Assembly (NCBI RefSeq): GCF_006345805.1
Contig: NC_043001.1
Span: 103,106,001 to 103,170,000, forward strand
DNA: 64,000 nucleotides
Direction of reading: 5' to 3'
From: Octopus sinensis
Taxonomy: Eukaryota
The notes below the pieces were generated by a model, which saw nothing but the letters and a program-made list of their open reading frames with translations, did not search any database and was not told the DNA's origin. A program made the translations under genes and the position numbers. Shown in pieces: positions 53,006 to 64,000 of the stretch. Position 1 is the stretch's first letter. Every line of letters starts with the position of its first letter.

Positions 53006-54496
53006 TGTATGTATGTATGTATGTATGTATGTATGTATGTATGTATGTATGTATGTATGTATGTATGTATGTATGTATGTATGTATGTATGTATATGTGC
53101 AGATTTGTATGCTCTGATTTATGTATTCTCATGCATATAGTTGCATATCTAGACATATATGTATGTCTCTATGTATTATGTATGCATATATACGAGTGTA
53201 TGTATCCCTCCCGCTGTCTGTTTGTCACTGTCTGTCTGTCTGTCTGTCTGTCTCTCAATCTATTTTTATGTATATGGCGTCACTACAGCCTTTGCACCAT
53301 TCAAGTGTAACCGCTGATCGCAGTTTGAAGGATGATGGAACCTCTCTACCAAAGTTACTCATCTATTAAGGACTGGATAACAGTGAAATTCTTCTGCTGC
53401 CTAAAGAAGCTTATGAAGTCGACATGGCTATTGCATGAAAAAAAAAAAGAAAAAAAAAAAGGTATCGGCGGTAGATCGGGGCTTGTGGGGTCGGAGCGTG
53501 ACCTGATCATCGCTTCATTTGTATTGTTTTTGTATTGTTTATTCCATTCGATTTTTTTATATATTGTATTTTATTTTTAAAGTCACACTTATGTAAAATC
53601 ATATCGCTTTACTGATCCCATCAGTTGTTCTGTCCATTTCTATGTTTGTCCCCTGGTGGGCAATAATGAAATTCGTATTCGACCCCGTTCACATCCATTT
53701 TGTCTTATAACGTTTTCCAAATCCGATCAACTAATGCATGGAAATACGTATTTTAGAAATCCATATTGCTGTTATCGGTGGAAATAATTAACGAACTTAA
53801 TTGGTTGCGACGATGGGAGTTCCAGTTGATCCGATCGACGGAACTGCTTGCTCGTGAAATTAACGTGCAAGTGGCAGAGTATTCCAAAGACACGCGCACA
53901 CTTAACGAAGTTCCCAAGGAAAGAACGTGACAAGGCTGGCCTTTCGAACTACAGGTACTACCAAAATTCGAACTCATGAGCGTGTGCCGAATGTCCTTAG
54001 CACTAAAGACATGCGGCTACACTATACATCTGTACTAAATTAAAGAATGACTCATTGACATTGTCTTAGTCACATAAAAAACCTGCACACACACACACAC
54101 TCACACACTCACACATAGAGGCCGTGGTTGTTTACAACGTAGAATTGTCGCCGTGTTATGTTATTTATTGCTTGTCCTTCAAACAGCCAGCTGTTGCGAA
54201 GCCACGGCTGATGACATATTCCAGGAATCGATACCCAATGATAAATTATTGATCCCCCTTTCATGGAATTTCAGTTATTTTTGTTTACTGTAAATATGTA
54301 AATAAAGTTCACACAATTAAATAAACTGTAACTCGGCTCCTCGATACGAAATAAGACGAACCAGCGGCCCGGTTTCGATTCCCGGTTTAGTCACTTTTTT
54401 TTTTGTATAATTTATCCATTAATTAGTGTAAACAGTGAACGATAAACTGATAAATTTCGCAACTTTCAAACATAAGTATCATTATTTCACTACAAA

Positions 54497-54995
54497 AGGT
54501 GGTGACCCTGCAGAATCGTCTGCACGCTGGACAAAATGCTTATTGGTATTTCGTCTGCCGCTACGTTCTGAGTTCAAATTCCACCAAGGTCGACTTTGCC
54601 TTTCATCCTTTCGGGGTCGATTAAATAAGTACTAGTTACGCACTGGGATCGATATAATCGACTTAATCCATTTGTCTGCTGTACTTCTTTGTCCTATCTG
54701 TGTTTAGTCCCTTGTGGGTAGTAAAGAAATAGGTATTTCGTCTGCCGCTACGTTCTGAGTTCAAATTCCGCCGAGGTCGACTTTGCCTTTCATCCTTTCG
54801 GGGTCGATTAAATAAGTACCAGTTACGCACTGGGATCGATATAATCGACTTAATCGGGAAAATGCTAAGCGGCACTTCACTCGCCCGTCTTTATGTTCTG
54901 AGTTCAAATCTCGCCCATATCGACTTTGCCTTTCATCCTTTCGATTCCGATAAAATAAGTACCACTTCCCCCAAGCTTGCTGGCCTTGTGCCAAA
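54497..54995 (+). mobile_element. SINE family B tandem trimer
   Basis: Core GTTCTGAGTTCAAAT...CTTTCATCCTTTCG repeated three times; units 1 and 2 nearly identical. Confidence 0.85.
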
Positions 54996-56659
54996 CTGGG
55001 AAAGTAAAAGTACGTTAAGGAGAGGCTGGAAATCGCTTGACATCTGCTTGCTTTCGGATATCCTATTGCACAACACTTTGGACAAGTACTTTCTCCCATT
55101 GTTTCAAGTAGCCTAAATTCTTCTGAACTAAATTTAGTGAATAGGAATTATCTGGAAACCCGCCGAAAGAGTTGTTCCTTTCCTCGTCTGATATATTCAA
55201 TCATTCGTCCGATTTAACGCCGCCACCACCATACTTTATTCTGGTGTAATCATCGGCTAGTTTCCGGTCCGAATATAATTTCCCTTCGCACCGACATCAG
55301 AGACAATGAAAAGAATAACGGGTATTGCACTTTTGACTGAATCGTTAAATATCGAACCGATAAAGCGCTGGGATTTGCACTTACATAGCATGGACTACTG
55401 AGCACATTTTATGAAAATGAGACAACCGTGCACACATGAAAAACAAAAAAATAGTTTAAATATCTTCTTAGTATAAAATGGTGGTAAGTTCTATATCGTC
55501 TGAAAAGTCATTAGTTGAACTATTAGTCCTCTTGCTTTCTGGGAAGGGGGTATTGGAGTGTTTGAGTGACATTAGACCCCAACAAACGCCCATAAATTAA
55601 ATGCAATTATCTGGGCCACCATCGTGGTCTGTCAACCTGTGTCTGACGGCCACGATTGTGGCCCGTCGCGCTTTATGTGTTAATTTCAAAAATCAAACGA
55701 TGAACGAAATCAATGTTCATGGGTCAAAAACAAAAAATAAAAATAAAAAAACTCAACAATAACGAAATTCAAACTAAGTAGATCAAGGCGTACGTGAAGC
55801 TCCTGCTCGTCACATCTTCGAGGGTAATAATTAATTCCACCAAGATAATCTGGTCGACATAGAATACAACGCAAAGCCAAAGTCGTAAATAATTCTTTAA
55901 CGTCTCGCTTGGTTCTGGGACTCGTCAATATCAAAATGCAAACAACACTAACATAAAGTTCTTCATCTATTTCAGATCTTGAATTCAGAAAGAATACAAA
56001 CGTTGAAAACACTGTGAATCGAACGCTTAAGTATCAAGACATCGACTTTTGCCCGGCGCCTGTTCTACCTAAAAAGACTGATTTTAAAACCCTCGTTGAT
56101 TATATACGGTCGTGTTTCTCAAGTTTGGAATCAATTTTTCCCCAGATCTCGGGTATAGCATATCCCTGAGTGTGGATTTTGTTCCAGCTGTGTTGGCCAC
56201 ACAAGAATATTGAACTAAAGTCACCGGATCGCTGCTACTGGAAACTGTTCCAAATCAGCTGAACATTTGCGGATGGCTTCAGAATAAATTCTTTTATATT
56301 TTTATAAAGAAAAATAAACGAGTTTTGTTACAATTGTTATTCGCGTGTATATTTATTTATTTATTTATTTATTTATTTATTCATTCATTTATTTGAAGAT
56401 GAACCAAGCGTTCAAATTGGGAGTCTATGTGGTTAGTCATCGTGCTAGATATAACAGAACAACTCAAAACACAACCTTGTCTGATATTCAACACCTTATT
56501 CATTCTGAGTTCCAATTAAAGCAACATGGACTTTGCATTCTGTAATTGGTTGTGTTCTCTCCCGGAATTCTACCAATTCTGACTGAAATATGTATAACAA
56601 AGATGATTTTTAACATTTTTAAAAAGAATTATTTCAAGCAATTTATTTTACGTATGTTT

Positions 56660-57821
56660 TATATATGTATTCTCATGCATAGAGTTACATATCTAGACAT
56701 GCTCATACATATTTAAATTATAAACTTCTGGAAAGTTTTACAGATTTTTACAGTTCCAGTAATGGATTGGATCTGTAGTCTTGGAATTAGCTTTCTCCTT
56801 TCTGGTTTTGAGAATCCTGATTTCTCAAGATTGGTATTTAGGTAGAGTGTTACATATCCCAGGGCCCCAATAATTACAGGTATAAACCTGAACTTGTAAT
56901 CTTGATAGAGTATCTGCAGATTTCTCAATAGTTCAGCGTAGGTCTTCTTTTTCTCACCGATCTTCAGTTTTATGTTAACATCCACTGGGCAGCTAATTTC
57001 CACAACTGTGCACAGTTTCTCTTCTCTCTCTCCCAAATCATTATATCAGGTGTGTTGTGCTTACATTTTATTGAGGTTTTCACTGGTACATTCTACCAAT
57101 ATTCCTTTTCATTATGAGTGGCTATGGCTTCTACCATATTGTGGGTTTTTATTTATTTGTCCTCGGGATTATCTTTCCGACGGATTTCATTACAGAGTGT
57201 CCTAGCTATAACATCATGTCTCATCGGTAAATAATACCGTATTGACATTTTCGGACAACTGCTTATGATGTGGGTGATATCTTCAGTATGAACTCCACAA
57301 ACTCTGCATCAGTTGTCACAGTTTACTGCTTTTCCTGCATCTCTATCCCTTTTGTGCATCAGGTACTTGGTTGATATTTCCTGTTCCTGGATTACAAATG
57401 CATACCCTTCAAAGTGGGAGGTAGTAATCCGGCTATTGGCCCATGATAATCCGCTTTGATGATCGATGTTACCATCATCTCGGAGCTTTCTACTAACATA
57501 TACATGCATAATCTTCTGCTCATATAGGTTCATCCTTTCATCTGATGATATGTTGCAGTAGAGTCGTGCGACTTCTTTGGGCATGTATTCTAGGTTATCA
57601 GACAAATAGTGTGGCTCAAGGAGCTGCCTTCCAAATCTTATGATGTTATCAGCCTCATGTATGCAAACTTCGACACTTGGTGGTTAAAAGATGTTGCCGA
57701 AGGGCATTTTGGATCGATGTTAAGCCACTACCGCCTTGTTTTCGATCTAAGCAGCGGCGGTCTACGTCATTGGTTATGTGGAAATTATGTGTGCTTGTTA
57801 GTATTTTTCGAGTTTTCACGG
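56660..57821 (-). mobile_element. R4/Dong-clade LINE 3' part, copy 2, with 3' UTR
   Basis: Colinear with 51885-53005; ends ICKTFQKFII*. Confidence 0.88.
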
Positions 57822-57974
57822 TTTATGTATGTATGTATGTATGTATGTATGTATGTATGTATGTATGTATGTATGTATGTATGTATGTATGTATGTATGT
57901 ATGTATGTATGTATGTATGTATGTATGTATCTATGTATGTATGCATGTATGCATGTATGTATGTATGTGTGTAA

Positions 57975-58460
57975 TATCTTCACACCGAGCTGATCTTCCA
58001 AGCATTTACACACTGCTGAGGGCAAGTCAGGTAGGAAGGACACATTAAATAAACGCCTGACACATGATTCCCTAAGATACTGTATTACAGTGGACTTGTA
58101 GAAGGCAAGCACATGTGAAGTGGACAGAAAATGTGCTTTAAGGACACATTCGAAGCCTCGCTGAAGAGCTTTGAGATCAGCCCCAACACCTGGGAAACGC
58201 AAGCATGAGACTGTCCTGCCTGGCAAAGCTGCACAAACAGAGGTGCCACCTCCTATGAACAGAACAGGATGTGAACTGCACAAGTCCAGAGCCAACTCCT
58301 TGCCTTCAGTTCTGGCAGACCACCAGTGCCCAACATATGACAGGGCCTTCCAAGTAGACATCACAGTGATTGGCCACAGCCAGACACACCGTGCACTGTC
58401 TTTTTCTATCATGTTATGTCCTTGGTCATCGTCGACAATGACGGACGAATAATAATAAAG
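57975..58460 (+). mobile_element. RTE-BovB-like LINE 3' end
   Basis: RADLPSIYTLLR..FPKILY..FKDT..ASLKSFEISPNTWE; C-terminal CPT.DRAF; AAT/GAT tail. Confidence 0.7.
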
Positions 58461-58481
58461 ACGATGATGATAATGATGATG

Positions 58482-58514
<33 letters not shown>

Positions 58515-59569
58515 TGTATGTATGTATGTATGTGTGTGTATGTATGTGTGTGTGTGTATGTATGTATGTATATATATATGTGTGTGTGTATGTATGTATG
58601 TATGTATGTATGTATGTATGTATGTATGTGTGTGTGGTGTATGTATGTATGTTGTGTGTGTGTATGTATGTATGTATGTATGTATGCATCTATATATATA
58701 TATTATATATATATATATATATAATATATATATATATATTATATATATATATATATATATATGCATGCATGAATATTCTGATTTTAGTTTTCAACTTTTT
58801 CTCACCACTATATAAAGAACAGCTTTGTTCTCTGGAAACAAACTGAAAGAGACAAATTTCTTTCAAGAGAATTTCACAAACAACATTTATATGTGTGTAT
58901 ATACCTGAGTATATGAATATGCGTATATGAAAGTGTGTATATGAATGTGTGTATATGGATGTATGTCACTGCATATGTGGATTTGTATGTTTAAATTATG
59001 TTTGTGTACGCATAATATATTTCTTTGTCTATACGTGCGTATGCGCACTTGTTATACGCTAAATCTATGGAATGTTTTACGTGTTTTCACAAAAAGTTAT
59101 GTATGTATGTATCTTTGTTTGTCTGTCTCTGTATGTATGTATGAATGCATGTATGAATATGTATGTCTGTAATTATGTATGTATGTATGTATTTTTGTCT
59201 GTCTGTCTGTCTATGTATGTATGCAAGGCGGAGTGTGAGTTCTTTTGCGTTTTATTTTTCAAAGAAAGAATCCGTCTCAGACTTTGACAATAACAACAAT
59301 TAGGTTACTGCTGTGCATGAATTCCAGGTCAGCAGGGATTAATCAGGTTGATGATCAAAGGCTTCCAGCCGAGGCCATCACGACATTCTTAGGAGCATCT
59401 AAGACTATATTATATGTGGCGTTAGTTTCTTTAAAATGGTATGCCTTTGTTAGAGGTTCACAAGTAGTTATAGATCTATACAGGACACAAAAACGGTCTT
59501 TATTGTCTAACTGCGGCAATTATGTATATGCATGCAGGTTATTATTCAGTTTATTTCAAGATTCCTTTC

Positions 59570-60450
59570 CTCCAACCTGATGAACAACATCCTCTCTTCT
59601 CCAACATGGACCAGTTCCAACAGGGAGTTGGATGAACACTAGAGGGAATTGAGCTTATCTGCCCCTGGGAAGGTGGAGGACTCTTGGAGTCAGAGAGCTT
59701 GTGACAACATAATTTCGGACTCCCTCTTCATCCAGTTGGACCAGTTTTCAAGGTGTTGCTTACTGTCTACTAGCGCCAAGTACTCAGATGACTGGATTGA
59801 TGCCATCTCTGTGGCTAACATTGGTAGCCTACTCAGCTTGGACGAACTTCGTGTCCCCATTGCCCTCAGAATGGGAGCTGACGTATGCACGGGTTTGATC
59901 TGTCGTTGTGGCAGGCTCCTCGACTCCACAGGTCTCCATGGCCTTTCTTGCCGCCTGAATGCTGGTTGCTTCATGCGTCATACAGAGTTGAACCTGATAC
60001 TCAAGAGGAGCTTGACCTGGGCAAACATCCCCTGCGTCTTGGAACCATCTGGATTGTCCAGATGTGATGGGAAGACACCTGTCAGTCTCACCCTGCGCCC
60101 CTGGTCGCAAGGCAGATGCTTTGTTTGGGATGTCACAGTTAGCGAGTCCTTTGCTTCTTCTCACATTCTGGATGCTGTGGTCAAGCCGAGATTCACAGCT
60201 TCTGCTGCCGAGCAGAACAAAATCTTGAAATACCAACGACATTTTCCATCCTGTGGCGTTCGAGACGTTTGGTGGGGGTCGGACCACTTACTACGAGATT
60301 CCTGTCTTCCCTGGCAACTCGCCTTGCAGAGGTAACTGGAGAGGCTCGTGAGGGTGCTTGGCTGTTCCAGCGCATCAGCCTCGCCATCATCCGCGGCAAT
60401 GCAGCAAGCGAGCTGGCATGTCTCATTAGTCATTGGAAAGCTTACCCGGC
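59570..60450 (+). mobile_element. CRE-clade non-LTR retrotransposon C-terminus (Cys/His knuckle + RLE)
   Basis: CRCG..DSTGLHGLSC..RH..LN; LEPSGL.R.DGK.P..LT..PW..G...WDVT; AEQNK..KY; FQRISLAIIRGNA; T-rich tail. Confidence 0.85.
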
Positions 60451-60769
60451 GCCCCCAACTTTTCAACTCAAGTTGGTGAGTTGTTTTATTTCTTTTGTTT
60501 TTTTTTTGTTTTTTTCTCTTTCTTTCTCTCATTTTTTTTCTTTTTCCTTTTTAATTTTTTCAGTTGTTCTTTGTTTTGTCCAGTTTCTAGTTTGATTTTG
60601 TAAAACGGTAGACACTGTGAAGGCAATAAAAATCTTAATTAAAAAAAGTTACAAAGACTATTTACAACGCCCTGACGTGTACATGTCAGAGCCAGCTGGT
60701 GTTGACACCTTTAAAAACAAGGTATACTAGGGGAACACTCCAATAAAAACACCAATCCAGTGCAAACAC

Positions 60770-61160
60770 AACGGACATGGAAACCACCTCCCCCCTGTGG
60801 GATGAAGTTAAAATAATAGAGCGAGAACACCATTGGAAAATAAGAAAACTAAAAGAAGCAGCACATATGCTAGGACACAACATCCTTCTAAGCAGACTGA
60901 GTGCAGATATGAACAGCAAATGGAACCAGTATTAAGGAAGGATAGGAGAATATTAGATTTATAAGCCCTAAAAAATTCACTGTATAATTGCCCCCCCAGG
61001 CATGTGGCATAGTGGTAAAGAGTTCGATTCCAGGCAGTGACCTTAATAATAACATCGAAAATTCCCCAAGACACCTGATGAAGGCTGAAAGGTATATCAG
61101 CCGAAACGTTGTGTTAACAACAAACAAGATGAGGAGAAATATCCATCAAATGTAAATAAT
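60770..61160 (+). mobile_element. Penelope 3' end: GIY-YIG endonuclease C-terminal remnant followed by pLTR with tRNA-like boxes and hammerhead
   Basis: PLWDEVKIIEREHHWKIRKLKEAAHM matches the PLE GIY-YIG C-terminal pattern W..VKI..RE..W..RK.KEA; the module follows about 60 nt after the stop. Confidence 0.75.
61070..61115 (+). ncRNA. Minimal type I hammerhead ribozyme (best-preserved copy)
   Basis: Stem I GACAC/GTGTT, core CTGATGA plus one extra A, stem II GGCTGA/TCAGCC, GAAA, loopless ACGT stem III, GUU triplet. Confidence 0.75.
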
Positions 61161-61500
61161 AGACATAATACTGTGAGTGATAGGGAACAAAATTCATGCG
61201 CTGTTGCAGAGATCAGCTGCCCAGGGGATGAAAATGTATAATCAGAAGTTGAGAGAAAAGAAAATATTTGCAGTGAATTAAGGCGGAACTTAGAGCTCTT
61301 GAACCCTGACTATAAAAATTCTTTTGCACCTATCATCGTAGGTGCATTAAGCTATGTATCTTTAGATTTACTTATCATCCTAGGAACTGGATTTTTCGAG
61401 GAAAGAACAAAAGAAATTGGTGCATATCCTCTCAATTCTGTCTGTTAGTGGCACAGTGAAGGTTTGTAAGACATTCCAAGGATTCTTCATTTGATATTAT
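61160..61500 (+). mobile_element. Old R4/Dong-like RLE fragment; RT remnant at about 61920-62340
   Basis: AEISCPGDEN..ELRRNLELLNPDYK..PIIVGALSYV; FQGD.LS; FSKDIGVEFG. Confidence 0.65.
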
Positions 61501-62707
61501 TTATATGATGAGGTTCGCATATTTGATTTTGGGCATTAAAAATTCAGTCAACATCTCAACTTAACGACGTGATTAAGAACACCGGGAACTCCCTTAACTG
61601 AAAGAGTCATGTCGCTTTGTTGGCGACCGGCTTCAACTCTCTTATGAGCCGTTCAAGAATTTGGACCTGGAGATCTCCATTTCCAGCGACTTCGAGAGCC
61701 ACCTCCCAGGTGTGACGGGCGTCAACGAAGAGCTCTCGACTACAACAAGACGACCAAAGTTTTTTTTTCCAAGGTCTAGGGTCTCCTGCCCGTAAGCCCT
61801 AGACCATCACCTAATCACCCTTATCCGTCTTGTTGCTAAACAACAACAAAACTCTCTTATGAAGAACTTAAATAAATCTCAAAGAAAAAACACACACATA
61901 CATATATGCAACTCATGGCCATAGACGACCATCACAGACGACAAAAAGTGAATGAATAAACACTGCTAGGTTACACTGTCGCAGGGGGAGATTTCAAGGA
62001 GATCGTCTTTCTGTAGGATTATAAATACTTTCAGTGAACGCCTTGTTCATTTTGTTGAGAAAACACGAAGAAAAAAGCACCAAACGCTAGACAAAACTAG
62101 CTTCTGGGAGACCTGAAGTATATATCGAAAATACGAATGCGTTAAAGAAAACCGAAAATATGAACAGGAGCCTTGACCTGGTTACGAAATTCTCAAAGGA
62201 CATAGGGGTAGAATTTGGTCAGAAAAAAAATTGTTCCTTCTCGATTTTTAAACAAGAAGAATCAACACGTGAAGGCAATAATCTCACAAATAATGGTCTG
62301 ACTAAAATGTGTATCACGGAATTGAACCCATCACCCAGAGGATGATGTCTAAATTCAAATGAAAGAACTTTGTTTCTTGGTTAGAAACCAGCATTTTCAC
62401 ACACGAATTACTGACATTCTAATCGATAGTGTTTAAATCCCAATAAAAGAACCTTGTCTTTGTTGGGGATAGAAACCTGTTCTTCTGTATTGGTGAGAAG
62501 TTTGAAACATAAAATACGTTAAATCTAAATACCTTCTATTATGATGTTATTTAGGTCAAATCATACAATGCTCTTTTGAAATATGAATATTAAAATGTTT
62601 TCCATTGTTTGGTTGGGTTAGTTTACTAATTTCATGCAAAGACCAAGGCCACACCGCAATAGTAAATAGCAATGGGTTTGGCGTCAATGGAAAATACCTG
62701 AGACGAA

Positions 62708-63158
62708 GGTGGCGAGCTGGCAGAAATGTTAGCACGCCGGGCAAAATGCTTTGTGGCATTTCGTCCGCCGCTGCGTTCTGTGTTCAAATTCCGCCGAGGC
62801 CGACTTTGCCTTTCATCCTTTCGGGGTCTATAAATTAAGTACCAATTACGCACTGGGGTCGATGAAAACGACTTAATCCCTTTGTCTGTCTTTGTTTGTC
62901 CCCTCTATGTTTAGCCCCCTAGTGGGCAATAAAGAAATAAGAAATGTTAGCACGCCGGGCGAAATGCGTAGCCGTATTTCGTTTGCCGTTACGTTCCGAG
63001 TTCAAATTCCGCCGGGGTCGACTTTGCCTTTCATCCTTTCGGGGTCGATTAAATAAGTACCAGTTACGCACTGGGGTCGATGTAATCGACTTAATCCGTT
63101 TGTCTGTCCTTGTTTGTCCTCTCTGTGCATAGCCATTTGTGGGTAGTAAAGAAATAGG
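62708..63158 (+). mobile_element. SINE family B tandem dimer; another copy at 63512-63717
   Basis: Two head-to-tail units ending AATAAAGAAAT and GTAAAGAAAT. Confidence 0.87.
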
Positions 63159-64000
63159 AGAATACCTGAGACGCTACAGCTGTGAACCAAAAAACAATAT
63201 AACGTTTCGTTAGTTTGCGATCTAAGTTCGAAACTCGCCTGAGTCGCCTTCACCATTCAACCCCTCAAGTGTTGACGTAATATGAACAGGTCAGCTAATG
63301 GAATAGAAAATATCGATTAGTACTCCGAATGATTATTGGTGGCCTTGTGACAACATAGATCGATATTCTGACAACTATTGATTTAATCGATTTCAAGCTG
63401 CAGCGACATATTTGGGTCATAATAAAATTGTAAACAACTGGCAAGTTACACTGCATCGCTGTTCTACTTTACTGTGAGCAAAAGAAAAGAAGGAAGACAA
63501 AAGAAAGGTTTGCACGCCGGGCGAAATGCGTAGCCGTATTCCGTCTGCCGTTACGTTCTGAGTTCAAATTCCGCCGGGGTCGACTTTGCCTTTAATCCTT
63601 TCGGGGTCGATTAAATAAGTACCAGTTACGCACTGGGGTCGATGTAATCGACTTAATCCGTCTGTCTGTCATTGTTTGTCCCCTCTGTGTATAGCCCCTT
63701 GTGGGCAGTAAAGAAATGTATGAGCAAAAGAAAGAACCTCGACCTAGCAACAGTTTGCAAGAAATAACAGCCGAATATCTCTCGAAATGGCATACTAACA
63801 TAATTAAAAAAAAACTAGCGAACAATTTATAGCATAATGTCGTCGGACTGTAGAGTCCGTTAGAGTTCTGGGATCCCCTCGTTGATGAGAACAGGCGCAC
63901 TGTGAGAGTATAACATCTGTAGGATCTCTTTTGACTGAGCTGCAGCCCTCAGTAAATCCTAGATTCATGGAATGTTTTCCGGTACTCGGAGCATTCAAAT

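Noticed and set aside
55710-56012. 100-aa minus-strand ORF
   Set aside because: Non-ATG start, no motifs and no partner exons found.

Overview
Repeat-rich, AT-rich animal genomic DNA. The SINE families, the RTE LINE with (GAT)n tails and the dense (TA)/(TACA)/(AAT) microsatellites look like octopus (coleoid cephalopod) DNA; this is an inference. The ORF track hides one spliced + strand gene, which I rebuilt by hand from about 16 GT-AG exons (2274-36289, phases all compatible, about 790 aa, start upstream of the window). It encodes a type I membrane glycoprotein with two ependymin/LolA-like repeats, an alpha/beta linker domain, a Ser/Thr mucin stalk, a TM helix and a C-terminal YAQF sorting motif. 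The rest is mostly TE-derived: Penelope, L1/Tx1, RTE, CR1-like, R4/Dong, CRE, mariner, hAT, Helitron-like, tRNA-SINEs and foldback elements. The most unusual non-coding signal is a dispersed module of tRNA-Ile-like Pol III head + (AAT)n + minimal hammerhead ribozyme. One copy directly follows a Penelope GIY-YIG 3' end, and the others occur as inverted, Penelope-style insertions. All calls are by eye with no database searches, and TE boundaries are approximate.
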